In this document: positions 26,482 to 36,230 of the stretch, in pieces | How positions within the stretch are numbered: position 1 is the first letter of the stretch | Layout of the letters: the number at the start of each line of letters is the position of its first letter | IMG/VR virus record: IMGVR_UViG_3300020045_002715 | Location: 1 to 54,507 of that record | Source: a virus | Lineage: Duplodnaviria; Caudoviricetes | Direction: 5' to 3' (one strand) | DNA: 54,507 nucleotides | The notes under the pieces: generated by a model | The model's input: the letters and a program-made list of their open reading frames with translations, nothing else | Told to the model about the DNA's origin: nothing | Databases searched by the model: none | Made by a program: the position numbers and the translations under genes

Positions 26482-27399
26482 ATGGATCGTACAAGTCAGA
26501 GATTATTTTGTTTGTCAGCATTAGTAACGCCTATAGGGCAAGCTGAATGGACATCGCCAGGTACTTATTCATGGGTTTGCCCAACAGGAGTAACTTCGGT
26601 AAGTGCTGTGGCTATTGGCCCTGGCTCTATGAACGGGGCTGGTGGTGGGCTAGGATGGAAAGCATCAATTGCTACTATTCCAGGTACTACTTATTCCGTC
26701 CAAGTAGGAGCTGTTTCTACTGGTGATGGATTGTCATTCTTTATTTCCGAAGTGACCGTTTGCGGCAGGCGCGGCACTGTCAATGGCACTGTCGGCGGGA
26801 CTTTCGTCGGTGACGGCGGTGGCAACGGTGGTGATAGTGGATCAATACTAGGTAATTCACCAAGCGGGTTTGGTAATGGTGGCGGTGGTGCTGGTGGGTA
26901 TGCAGGTAATGGCGGCAGGGGAGGTGCATGCGTCCCAAATAGCCAACAATCAGGAGTAGATCAAAATGGTGGCCCCGGTCAAAATGGTGCTGGCGGCGGT
27001 GGCGGTGGCGGTGGCGCAGGTTTTGCGACTATCCCGCAGCCAAATTCCGGGCAGCGCTCGGCGGGTGCTGGAGGTAGCGGCGTTGGAATTTATGGGCAGG
27101 GGTCCAATGGTATCGGTGGGATAGGCGGGAAGAACGACGGCATCACTAGCAATCGCGGCTCTCCCGGAACTGCCGGCTCATCAGGAACTGCTGGGGCTGG
27201 TGGATTTGATGGAGTTCCTACAAATAGGATGGGTGGCAATGGCGGAAACTATGGTGGTGGCGCTGGTGCTGGCGGAGCCTTGATCTACTACGATCAATCT
27301 TCCGATGGTTCTCCTCCAGGAACTCCGGGGAGGGGAGCAGTTCGCATCATTTGGGGCCAAGGCCGATTCTATCCATCAACCAGAACAGCAAACGAATAA
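26482..27399 (+). CDS. Glycine-rich tail-associated protein
   Basis: WTSPGTYSWVCPTGVTSVSAVAIG..GGGGG..GAVRIIWG. Confidence 0.75.
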   Translation: MDRTSQRLFCLSALVTPIGQAEWTSPGTYSWVCPTGVTSVSAVAIGPGSMNGAGGGLGWKASIATIPGTTYSVQVGAVSTGDGLSFFISEVTVCGRRGTVNGTVGGTFVGDGGGNGGDSGSILGNSPSGFGNGGGGAGGYAGNGGRGGACVPNSQQSGVDQNGGPGQNGAGGGGGGGGAGFATIPQPNSGQRSAGAGGSGVGIYGQGSNGIGGIGGKNDGITSNRGSPGTAGSSGTAGAGGFDGVPTNRMGGNGGNYGGGAGAGGALIYYDQSSDGSPPGTPGRGAVRIIWGQGRFYPSTRTANE

Positions 27400-27407
27400 G
27401 GACGCCC

Positions 27408-27959
27408 ATGTATTACATGCCATTAAAAGACCGCATACTTAAAGACCATAGTGAAATCCGCGCGGCAATGCCTGGAAATGTGCTGCTTCCAGCAATCATC
27501 ACTGATGAAGATTTAGCCTACCTTGGCATTTTCTCGTTGCTAGTCGATGAATGCCCAGTTGAAGCCGGTATGACTTTTACGCTGGCCAAGCCAGTGCTTG
27601 AGGATGGCGGCTGGCATCAGAAATGGGATTCCCGCGCATCGTCCGCTGAAGAATTGGCAGCAGAGCGGCAAGTGCTAATTGATATGGTGACTAAGCGTGC
27701 TGTTGCACGGCTAAACGCTTTTGCAGAAACCCGCAGCTACGGGGATGAGCAAACGTCTGCCATTGTATCGGCCTGCTCCTATGCAGCTAGCACGCATCCA
27801 CGTTACGGGGCGGAAGGACGCTACTGCATGAAAGTGCGAGAGGAAACATGGGATGCGTTGTATTCAATCATGGCTGATGTGCTGGCTGGCAATCGCCCCA
27901 TGCCATCTAGCTTTGAAGAAATAGAACCTGAATTACCAATTCTCAATTGGCCTGAATAA
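27408..27959 (+). CDS. Tail fibre-associated/assembly protein
   Basis: LNAFAETRSYG..SACSYA..IEPELPILNWP. Confidence 0.65.
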   Translation: MYYMPLKDRILKDHSEIRAAMPGNVLLPAIITDEDLAYLGIFSLLVDECPVEAGMTFTLAKPVLEDGGWHQKWDSRASSAEELAAERQVLIDMVTKRAVARLNAFAETRSYGDEQTSAIVSACSYAASTHPRYGAEGRYCMKVREETWDALYSIMADVLAGNRPMPSSFEEIEPELPILNWPE

Positions 27960-27970
27960 GGTAGGGCGGT

Positions 27971-28468
27971 ATGAACCAAATTAAACTATCTGGCAATTTG
28001 CGCGCCTTCCTTGACATGCTTGCATTCAGCGAGGGCACTAGCACTAGCCCTGCGACGAAAAATAACGGGTTTGACGTGATCGTGACTGGCTCGGATGGCA
28101 AGCCTGAGATTTTCACTGATTACAGCACGCATCCGTTTGCTGGCGGGCGTAAGTCCAAGGTCATCAATAGCCGTGGCTTGACCAGCAACGCATCCGGCCG
28201 CTATCAGTTCATGCTGCGCGACTGGGCGCATTACAAGACGCAATTGAAGCTCCCCGACTTCGGCCCGGCATCGCAAGACGCATGGGCTGTGCAATTGATC
28301 CGCGAGCGCAAGGCGCTGCCGCTGATCGAGGAGGGTCGCATTCCTGAGTCCATTGCTGCCGTGCGCAACCTGTGGGCGTCGCTGCCTGGCGCTTCGTACG
28401 GGCAATTTGAGCATTCGCTAGCTACGCTCTTGGCCGCGTATCGCCGCGCTGGTGGGGTGATCGCATGA
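27971..28468 (+). CDS. Endolysin, lambda R-like lytic transglycosylase (GH104)
   Basis: AFLDMLAFSEGT, SNASGRYQF, DFGPASQD, WASLPGASYGQ. Confidence 0.92.
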   Translation: MNQIKLSGNLRAFLDMLAFSEGTSTSPATKNNGFDVIVTGSDGKPEIFTDYSTHPFAGGRKSKVINSRGLTSNASGRYQFMLRDWAHYKTQLKLPDFGPASQDAWAVQLIRERKALPLIEEGRIPESIAAVRNLWASLPGASYGQFEHSLATLLAAYRRAGGVIA

Positions 28469-28824
28469 CAATTGACCCGATGCTGATTGTTCTCTGCTCG
28501 ATTAGCATCGTCATCGGCTATTCAATCTGGCGGGCGCATAAACGGGCTGATATCGTTTTCGACTTCTTCGACCTCATCATGGTCAATGGAAAGGTCGATA
28601 AGATTGCGGTTGCCTTCATGCTGGTACTCGGCGTGAGTACGTGGGTGATTATTGACCAGCAGATAAAGGGCCGGCTATCAGGCGAAATGTTCGGCCTCTG
28701 GTTGACGGCGTGGGTTGCTCCATTGGTTGCAAAAGTTGTATTTGGTAAGAACGAGGTTCCAAGCATCATGACCAGCACAACCGTTGTCCAACAGGTTACT
28801 GAAACCGTGGAGCCTCCTAAATGA
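28465..28824 (+). CDS. Holin-like membrane protein
   Basis: Three hydrophobic segments between endolysin and spanin. Confidence 0.6.
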   Translation: MTIDPMLIVLCSISIVIGYSIWRAHKRADIVFDFFDLIMVNGKVDKIAVAFMLVLGVSTWVIIDQQIKGRLSGEMFGLWLTAWVAPLVAKVVFGKNEVPSIMTSTTVVQQVTETVEPPK

Positions 28825-29381
28825 TTGCTGCACTTCTACTGCGCTACGGGATTCCAACATGGGTGGCTAAAATCGCTGCCTATGCGCTTCTTGTAACTAT
28901 TGTGGTTACATCAGCGTTTGCATATCGCACGCACGTATTTAACTCTGGCGTTGCGGAGGAGCGGGGCCGCCGAGACGCTATTGAAATAGCCAATTCGGTA
29001 AAGGCTGAGAAAGAGCTAGCGGTTCTCAACGGCAAAATGCTAGCGGCACAATCCGCGCTTGACCAAGCTATTGCAGACCTCAATGAAAAGAAAGTGGAGC
29101 TTCAAAATGAACAGAATGAATCTCTTGATTATCAGCGCCGTCTTGCCGCTGGCACTGAGCGCATGTCAGCCCTCGTCCGCGAACGTCGCATTGCTCAAGC
29201 CGGATCGGCTCCAAGTTCCACCATTGGCGGAGTGGATTCGGACTCCTACGTTATACAAGACCTCTCGGAGCAATCTGCAATCGCAATTGAACGGGTCCGA
29301 GCCAACGAAAACGCCGCAATCGACCGACTCAACGCCTGTATCAAAGCCTATGACGCAGTAGAAGCGGCCAGCAAGAAATAA
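28821..29381 (+). CDS. Inner-membrane spanin (Rz-like)
   Basis: N-terminal TM, coiled coil, C-terminal LNACIKAY. Confidence 0.8.
   Translation: MIAALLLRYGIPTWVAKIAAYALLVTIVVTSAFAYRTHVFNSGVAEERGRRDAIEIANSVKAEKELAVLNGKMLAAQSALDQAIADLNEKKVELQNEQNESLDYQRRLAAGTERMSALVRERRIAQAGSAPSSTIGGVDSDSYVIQDLSEQSAIAIERVRANENAAIDRLNACIKAYDAVEAASKK
29107..29361 (+). CDS. Outer-membrane spanin lipoprotein (Rz1-like) embedded in Rz
   Basis: Alternative frame; GGAG RBS; MNRMNLLIISAVLPLALSAC lipobox; Pro-rich. Confidence 0.75.
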   Translation: MNRMNLLIISAVLPLALSACQPSSANVALLKPDRLQVPPLAEWIRTPTLYKTSRSNLQSQLNGSEPTKTPQSTDSTPVSKPMTQ

Positions 29382-29462
29382 ACGCTTAGTGCGACATAGT
29401 AAATATGAGGGATTGGGCTGCGGCAATGGTAAAATCTGGTAAGAAACCGACAGGGAAATAAA

Positions 29463-30566
29463 ATGGCAATTAACGATACGACCGCGAACACGCTAAGCAA
29501 TTGGTTCACCACGGCGATTGGCGGTCAGAATACGGCTGCTACCACGCCCACCGCTGCGACAACTACTACGGCAGCGGCTACGCCCACGGCTACCAATTCG
29601 GTCTTGGCTAAAGCGGGATCGACTACGCCAGCGGCAACCACGGCGACTACAGCGACCAAAGCAACGCCTAGCGTTTCCTCTTGGTATGACCAAGTGACCG
29701 GCCGAAAGGGCGAGCAAGCTGGGATTGACTATTGGCAAAGCGCGCTTGATTCTGGCGCCAACGCCGATGACCTATATAAGCAGTTCGTTAAGTCCGCCGT
29801 CGATAACAACGATTACAACCCGAATACCACGCCGGCGCAGCTTGACCTTGATAGCCTGAAAAACCGATCGGTAACTAGCGGGCAAACGGTTAGCGGCCAG
29901 CTTCAGGGCTTGCTTGATGCGAACAGCGACTATATCCAATCGGCTCGGGATCGCACGCTACGCACGGCAAACGCTCGCGGGCTAACCAACAGCAGCATTG
30001 CAGCTAGTGCTGGCGAGGACGCCGCCTATCAAGCCGCCATGCCCATTGCTACGTCTGATGCACAGGTGAATCGTGACGTAGACGCATATAACGCCGCGCT
30101 GTATAACCAAGGCCTGATGTACAACACGGATGCGCAGAACGCTGCAATTACGAAAGATCGTGATTACATCAACCAAGCAAACGTATTGGCGCAGCAGCAG
30201 AGTGGGCAAAAAGATTTGGCGACACAGCAGATCGCCGCCGACAAAGCTAGCCAAACCGCTGCACTTGGTAGCCAGATGAGCATTGCGCAATTGCAAGCTG
30301 AAACGACTAAATACCAGTCGGACAAAACGGCCGCTAACTCGCAATACAACACTGATGCAAATACCAAGATTCAGGCCGAGCAAAACAAAACAACGCTGGT
30401 CAATAACATCATCCAGAGCGCCGAACTTTCGCCTGATCGTAAAGCCGAGCTTCTTAAACAGCTTGGCGAAACTGGCCTAGCATCGGCAATTTATGTTGCG
30501 GCTGATATTGCCAGCGATTTGCAGACTCCAGAAACTACTGTGCCGGGCAGCGATGGCGGCGGTTGA
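29463..30566 (+). CDS. Putative internal virion/ejection protein with a DUF4214-like segment
   Basis: Thr/Ala-rich N-terminus; WYDQVTGRKGEQAGIDYWQSALDSG; ANARGLTNSSIAA. Confidence 0.6.
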   Translation: MAINDTTANTLSNWFTTAIGGQNTAATTPTAATTTTAAATPTATNSVLAKAGSTTPAATTATTATKATPSVSSWYDQVTGRKGEQAGIDYWQSALDSGANADDLYKQFVKSAVDNNDYNPNTTPAQLDLDSLKNRSVTSGQTVSGQLQGLLDANSDYIQSARDRTLRTANARGLTNSSIAASAGEDAAYQAAMPIATSDAQVNRDVDAYNAALYNQGLMYNTDAQNAAITKDRDYINQANVLAQQQSGQKDLATQQIAADKASQTAALGSQMSIAQLQAETTKYQSDKTAANSQYNTDANTKIQAEQNKTTLVNNIIQSAELSPDRKAELLKQLGETGLASAIYVAADIASDLQTPETTVPGSDGGG

Positions 30567-30927
30567 TGAAATACTAGAACGATATCTAGAGACGCTAGAT
30601 ATTGATCTGAATGGAGCAAAAGCCAACCTTCATGGCTGGGACGTTAAAATAGCAACGCGAACTGGTGAAGACGTTGCAATATGTATTTCAAAGGGGCCTG
30701 AGTTTCATTTTGTCCCTTTGGTAGTTGGCAAGGCGATGAGTCGCAAAAACATTATTGAAGCGCTTGAGCCGATAATGAACGAATACGGATATGTCACAAC
30801 CCGCGTTCCAGTATGCGAGGAAAACCATAAGCTTAGATTGAAACTAGGCTTCGTAAAAAGCTGGGAAGACAACGATTTTTCATACTGGGCGCTTACTGAA
30901 TTGCCCTACCAGAAGGGGAAAGAATAA
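30553..30927 (+). CDS. GNAT-like small protein of the ejection module
   Basis: TTRVPVCEENHKLRLKLGFV; position typical of podoviruses. Confidence 0.55.
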   Translation: MAAVDEILERYLETLDIDLNGAKANLHGWDVKIATRTGEDVAICISKGPEFHFVPLVVGKAMSRKNIIEALEPIMNEYGYVTTRVPVCEENHKLRLKLGFVKSWEDNDFSYWALTELPYQKGKE

Positions 30928-30928
30928 A

Positions 30929-31960
30929 ATGAATCAGCGCTTTAACAAAACGCGAATGGCTCGGGAAGTTGGCGCTGTCTATTACAGTGCTACTGAGTCG
31001 CGCCGGTTGTCCATTGATATGCCTGTTGGCAATCCTAGCGGTGGCCCCGCAAATGGCGATAGGGACATGCCTGTTGTTGTGGTGGCGCTTGCTGCTGGAT
31101 CGTTTGCGGCTGGTGCTGCGGCACTGGCAACGGCTACGACCCTGCTTGCTACGGTATCGGCCGGTGCGCTAATGGTCGGTAGTGCGCTCACTATTGCGGG
31201 TACGATTACTGGCAACCAGAAGCTTACCAAGATCGGCGGCTTTATCTCGCTTGCTGGCGGTATCGGGTCTTTGGCATCAAGCCTTGGCGGTAGTGCAGCT
31301 AGTGCGGCTAGTGCCGGTGCTGAGAATGTCGCTCCTGTTCTTGGCGAAGTTGGCGCCGATGCGGCTGGTTCGGCACTTGCTGATGCCGCTTCGGGAGTCA
31401 CAACGCAATCCGTAACGGGCCTTGCTGGTGATGTGGCCGAATCGGCTATCGCTCCTACGGCCAGTAGCGGGCTGATTGATGCGGGAACGACCGCCGCGCA
31501 GGACGTGGGAACCACAGCAGCTACCAACGCAGTTTCAGATGCGGCTAGTGGTGTGGCACAGAACGCGGCGGAAGCGGCCACGCAACAGGCTGCGAACCCG
31601 TTCATGAGCGATTCTGTGACGGCATTCGGGCCTAGCAGCAATACGGGCGCATTCAATCCTGGCACCGGTACGCAAGGGCTGCTAGAGTCTATTGAGCCGG
31701 TGCAAACGGGCTTGAATACTGGCGCATACGTGCCTACCGCTCAAGCCGCCGAAAGTACGGGCCTGTCTGGCTACTTCAACAAAGCTGGCCAATGGGTTAA
31801 AGATAACAAGGAATTGGTGAAGGTCGGCACGGAAGTTATCGGAGGTGTTGCTAAGGGCCTCGTCCCATCGCAGCAGGAAAAAGCACAGACCGCCGCAATC
31901 AATGCGCAGGCTGAACGAGAACGCATTCGCCAACTGTGGCGCCAAGGGAGGATCGCATAA
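30929..31960 (+). CDS. DNA ejection (pilot) protein
   Basis: Polar leader, then a long hydrophobic Ala/Gly stretch; Ala-rich. Confidence 0.65.
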   Translation: MNQRFNKTRMAREVGAVYYSATESRRLSIDMPVGNPSGGPANGDRDMPVVVVALAAGSFAAGAAALATATTLLATVSAGALMVGSALTIAGTITGNQKLTKIGGFISLAGGIGSLASSLGGSAASAASAGAENVAPVLGEVGADAAGSALADAASGVTTQSVTGLAGDVAESAIAPTASSGLIDAGTTAAQDVGTTAATNAVSDAASGVAQNAAEAATQQAANPFMSDSVTAFGPSSNTGAFNPGTGTQGLLESIEPVQTGLNTGAYVPTAQAAESTGLSGYFNKAGQWVKDNKELVKVGTEVIGGVAKGLVPSQQEKAQTAAINAQAERERIRQLWRQGRIA

Positions 31961-32571
31961 TGGCTGGTCAGGAAATGGAAGGGTTGATGAGCGCTGGTAT
32001 TACACCAGTCGGCCAAGAAGCAATGCAAGCGCCACAAGGTGCTGAGCCGATGCAAGACGCGCAGACTCAAGGTGGTCAAGTCGATATCCAGCCAATCGAG
32101 GCCGGTATCGAAGTGCCGCCTAAGCTCAAACCGATGTACGATAAAATCGTGCTGTCTGGCATGCGCATCATGTTCTCAAAAGAGAGCCACAAGCTATTGG
32201 TTGATCAGCTGCAAAAAGAAGGTCCGCTAGCGAAGAAAATCGCAGATGGCATCATTGGCTTGATGTACCTCATGTGGACCGAGTCGAACAAGTCGATTCC
32301 TCCGCAACTGATTATCCCAGCCGCTACCGCTCTGACGCTGCGAGCGTTCGACTACGTGCAAAAGACGGGCGATCCTGAAGCTACTCCGCAAGTTCTCGGC
32401 CAGGCGCTGGAGAGCGCGATTGATGGCGTCATGAAGGGCTTCGGCGGCAGCGTTGATAGCATTGAGCAAAATATCCCAGCGGCACAGGGCCAAGATGCGG
32501 CGCCGCAATCTGGTGCGCAGCCAATGCCAGCGGGCGGTGGATTGATGGAAGCAGGGGGCACAAATGGCTGA
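31960..32571 (+). CDS. Putative virion protein
   Basis: Coupled ORF in the ejection module. Confidence 0.6.
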   Translation: MAGQEMEGLMSAGITPVGQEAMQAPQGAEPMQDAQTQGGQVDIQPIEAGIEVPPKLKPMYDKIVLSGMRIMFSKESHKLLVDQLQKEGPLAKKIADGIIGLMYLMWTESNKSIPPQLIIPAATALTLRAFDYVQKTGDPEATPQVLGQALESAIDGVMKGFGGSVDSIEQNIPAAQGQDAAPQSGAQPMPAGGGLMEAGGTNG

Positions 32572-33814
32572 TTGGGCGTATGGTCTGAGTCAAGGCATCG
32601 CGGCCGGCGCTAGAGCTGGTGGCGGGCTGATTGACGCGAGCCTAAAAGAGGAGGCAGACGTTCGCGCTGCTGATAAGCGGCTGGCTGATGCGGAACGCCT
32701 TGCGGCTGCGCAGGAGGCCATGCAAGAGCGAATCGCTGAGAGTGCTTACCAGCGGCAGCAACGCCCTAGCGAGGCTGCTGGCGCGCTTCTGCGCGATGCA
32801 AACGCTCCAGTAGCGGCTGACCCTGAATACAAAGGCCCAGCCGTCAACGTAAGTGGTACTCCTGACGAGGTACGCGCTAAGCTGGCGGCTATCCCCGATC
32901 CGGCTGAACGTGCCATTGCCTTGCAATCCTATGAGCAACAGGAAGCCGCTAAAGCCGCTGCTGTAGGTAAAACTCGCGCGCCTACCCGCGATGAGCAAAT
33001 CAAGGCTGCGATGGAAGCGGCGCTTCAAAAAGGCGATGCGGTATCGTATGAGCGCTTGAAAGTGCTTGCTGGCGATAAATATATGCCATTGAGCGAGAAC
33101 GGAATGCTCAATACTGGAACGGGTGAAATTATTGGCGGCGGTACTTCCAAAGCTGACCGCGAGCGTGAGCGTGATGAGCGCCAGTTTGAATACAAGCTTC
33201 GGCTCCAGCGTGAAGAAGAACAAGGCCGTGATGCTCGCGCAGAAAAAGCTGCTAGCAATGCCGTTGCCCGCGATGAAGCAAAGGTCGGCCGCGAAAGTAG
33301 CAAGCCATTGCCAGGGCCAGCGCTTGCAATGCAACAAAAAGGGCTTGAGGCAATTGGCACATCATCCGGTATCCAAAAAGATATTGATAGAGTAGCAAAG
33401 CAAATTGATGACGGCAAGCTAAACTTTGGCCTTACTAGCAACATGGTAAATAAAGCAAAGAATTACACTGGTAATTCTGATGAAGAAAGCAGGAACTTTG
33501 GTAGTTTTCAGTCAACTATGGAAAAAATGCGGAATGATTCACTTAGGTTGAACGCTGGCGTGCAAACTGACGGCGATGCTCAACGGGCATGGAAAGAATT
33601 ATTTGACAACATAAACGACAAAGAATATGTACGCCAGCGATTAGATGAAATTAAAGATATTAATGCACGCGGGGTAATTCTCCATAAGTTAAATATCGAC
33701 AATATCAGAAGTAATTACAGCAAGGAACCGTTTGATTTCTCAAAATATGAATCCGCAGGAGATAAAGAGAAAAAACCAGCGGGACGCCCATCACTTGACG
33801 AGATTTTTAAATAA
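32564..33814 (+). CDS. DNA ejection protein
   Basis: Helical, Ala/Glu-rich; LNAGVQTDGDAQR. Confidence 0.65.
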   Translation: MADWAYGLSQGIAAGARAGGGLIDASLKEEADVRAADKRLADAERLAAAQEAMQERIAESAYQRQQRPSEAAGALLRDANAPVAADPEYKGPAVNVSGTPDEVRAKLAAIPDPAERAIALQSYEQQEAAKAAAVGKTRAPTRDEQIKAAMEAALQKGDAVSYERLKVLAGDKYMPLSENGMLNTGTGEIIGGGTSKADRERERDERQFEYKLRLQREEEQGRDARAEKAASNAVARDEAKVGRESSKPLPGPALAMQQKGLEAIGTSSGIQKDIDRVAKQIDDGKLNFGLTSNMVNKAKNYTGNSDEESRNFGSFQSTMEKMRNDSLRLNAGVQTDGDAQRAWKELFDNINDKEYVRQRLDEIKDINARGVILHKLNIDNIRSNYSKEPFDFSKYESAGDKEKKPAGRPSLDEIFK

Positions 33815-35649
33815 TGGATAACGTAGAGCAAAAGATTGCCAAAGCTCGGGCTGCTGGATATGACGATGAGCAGATCGCGTTAAAGCTTGCGGAGACGCCG
33901 GGATATGCTGAAAAGATTAGGACTGCGGCAGCTAGTGGCTACTCTGCTGCCGATGTGGTCGCGCATCTTTCTGGCGGTAAGCGGGCCGATACTCAGGTTG
34001 CAGCAAACCCGGCTCCTACCGATAGTTTTGCTAATGGCGCGGGAAATTTCTTTTCTGGCATTGGTACTGGTATAGCGAACGTTGGGCGGGGCGTCAAGCA
34101 GCGCCTAGACGAAGGCGCGGCATATCTTGAGGAGGCCGTAGGAGGCCAGCGGATAAATGACGCCTTGGGCCTTAAAAGCGCCGCCGATATTAAGCGCGAA
34201 GGCCAATCTGCGATTGACCAAAGCCGCATTGATGATGCGCCGCTTTTGAATACTAAGGCTGGATCGGTTGGTAACTTCATCGGCAGCGCGATCCCTGCTG
34301 TTGCGGCTTCGTTCATTCCTGGAGGCCAAGGACTCGCCGGCTCCATTGCATCTAGCGCAGCGCTCGGCGCAGCTATGCCAACATCGGGCGATGAGTCAGT
34401 ATTGGGCAATGCTGCGCTTGGTGCTGCTGGCGGCGCTGCTGGATACGGACTGGCTAAAGGCGTAGCGCGAGTAATCAGCCCAAATGCCAGCGTAAATCCG
34501 CAATTGAAATTGCTCAAGGATGAGGGCGTAAATCCTACCATTGGGCAAGCTCTTGGGGGCATGGCTAGCCGCGTCGAGCAGAAGGCAACTAGCATTCCAA
34601 TCATGGGCGATGCTATCGTTGCTGCGCGTAGTAAGGCAATCCGCGAATTCAACAATGCGGCCATTAATCGGGCGACTGCACCGATTGGTGTAACGATCAA
34701 GGGTAGCGGTCAAGAAGCAGTCGAGCAGGCTGGTAACGCGCTTAGCCGAGCTTATGACGATACGCTAGCTAAAGTTCCTCTGGTCCCGCTGGATACTCAA
34801 TTCACCAATGGATTGCAGCGGCTGAATACCTCTGTTGCTAGCTTGACGGACCCAATGCGGACAAAGTTTGAATCGGTATTCCGCGATATCGTCATGGGCC
34901 GAATCCAAAACAGTGCGCTTACTGGCGATGTATATAAAGCCGTTGATAGCGAACTCGGCATGATCGCGTCGAGGTACGGTAAGTCGTCGCTTGCCTCTGA
35001 GGCAGAATTGGCTGAACGCGTATTCGATTTGAAGACTTTGCTGAAAGAGCAAATGAAACGAACGAATCCGCAAGTGGCCGCTGAACTCAAGGCAATTGAT
35101 ACCGGCTGGGCTAATCTTGTTCGCGTCGAGGGCGCTGCAAAATCTGCCAAGAACTGGGAAGGTGTATTCAGTCCAGCGCAGCTAAACATGGCTGTTCAGG
35201 CAGCAGACGATAGCGTTAGGAAACGTGCTGTTGCGCGAGGCACGGCGCTGATGCAAGACCTGGGAACGGCTGGCCAGACTGTGCTAGGAAATACCGTTCC
35301 AGATAGTGGTACTGCTGGACGTCTTGCGCTTGGAGGCGCTGGCCTTGCCGCTGGCTTTGCCTCGCCCGCCATCCCTATCGGCCTCGCATCTGGCGCCGCT
35401 GCATATCTGCCGCCAGTTCAAAAGGCCCTAGTTAGTGCTGTAAGCTCGCGGCCAGATTGGGCCATCCCTCTTAGCCAACGTGTGGCAAGAGGCGCTAGAA
35501 CGGCTGGCCTAGCGACTGCAACGGCGTTCAGCGCAGCGGATCAAGCTGCCATGCGCGAACGAGTCAACGCAGAACGCCAGCGTCTCCAACTTCAGCGCAT
35601 CGGAGACGCAACCACAATTGACGAGGCAATCAAAGCCGCCTCCGAGTAA
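33814..35649 (+). CDS. Large DNA ejection/transfer protein
   Basis: Repeated ARAAGYDDEQI / AAASGYSAADV N-terminus; Gly/Ala-rich; VPDSGTAGR. Confidence 0.7.
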   Translation: MDNVEQKIAKARAAGYDDEQIALKLAETPGYAEKIRTAAASGYSAADVVAHLSGGKRADTQVAANPAPTDSFANGAGNFFSGIGTGIANVGRGVKQRLDEGAAYLEEAVGGQRINDALGLKSAADIKREGQSAIDQSRIDDAPLLNTKAGSVGNFIGSAIPAVAASFIPGGQGLAGSIASSAALGAAMPTSGDESVLGNAALGAAGGAAGYGLAKGVARVISPNASVNPQLKLLKDEGVNPTIGQALGGMASRVEQKATSIPIMGDAIVAARSKAIREFNNAAINRATAPIGVTIKGSGQEAVEQAGNALSRAYDDTLAKVPLVPLDTQFTNGLQRLNTSVASLTDPMRTKFESVFRDIVMGRIQNSALTGDVYKAVDSELGMIASRYGKSSLASEAELAERVFDLKTLLKEQMKRTNPQVAAELKAIDTGWANLVRVEGAAKSAKNWEGVFSPAQLNMAVQAADDSVRKRAVARGTALMQDLGTAGQTVLGNTVPDSGTAGRLALGGAGLAAGFASPAIPIGLASGAAAYLPPVQKALVSAVSSRPDWAIPLSQRVARGARTAGLATATAFSAADQAAMRERVNAERQRLQLQRIGDATTIDEAIKAASE

Positions 35650-35660
35650 CCATTATCTCC

Positions 35661-35712
35661 TAGTCACTTCGGTGGCTTTTGTCCCTCTCCTTTACAGGGA
35701 GGGGGATTTTTT
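35661..35712. terminator. Tandem terminators at the late/early convergence
   Basis: AGTCAC-TTCG-GTGGCT-TTT and TCCCTCTCC...GGAGGGGGA-TTTTTT. Confidence 0.65.
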
Positions 35713-35987
35713 CGTTATTGGCTCCCACTCGTCACTATGGCCTAGCCTGTGATGGCGGCGCTTTGGCCCATGACCCTCTATATTCCTATCGCGTACGCTA
35801 CGGTAAAAACCAGCATAGCGGCCCTCGCGCATGTTTCTTGAACCAACCAAGCAAGAAAGGCTAGAATGCTCGATTCCTCCATATATATGAAGAACCATCC
35901 CATCAACAATTGGGCGAAATTTGTTCATCATCAATTGCAGTCTTTGATGTGATGCTTGCGCTAACAACTCAATTTCTTTTGCTGTAC

Positions 35988-36227
35988 TCATTTCTCATCC
36001 CCTAAAGCCAGCGCCTTCCGCAATTCCTCAATCTCGTCCATCGCCAACTCCACAGCCAAATCGGCGCATTCCCGCTTGCCACTTTTCCCCATGCGATCCT
36101 GCCAACGCTCAATTGGTACAGAGCGCGCCTGCTCTACCTCCATCGCCCAATCTACCAACTTGCGCCACGTAATCGGCGATACTATTACTCCGTTGTCTAG
36201 GTCTTGCTTGATTTGTGCAATGTTCAT
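35988..36227 (-). CDS. Hypothetical protein
   Basis: Coupled ORF at the end of the early operon. Confidence 0.6.
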   Translation of the reverse strand: MNIAQIKQDLDNGVIVSPITWRKLVDWAMEVEQARSVPIERWQDRMGKSGKRECADLAVELAMDEIEELRKALALGDEK

Positions 36228-36230
36228 TGG

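Noticed and set aside
26800-27330. GGN-rich repeats as a DNA-level repeat element
   Set aside because: Explained by the glycine-rich protein coding sequence.
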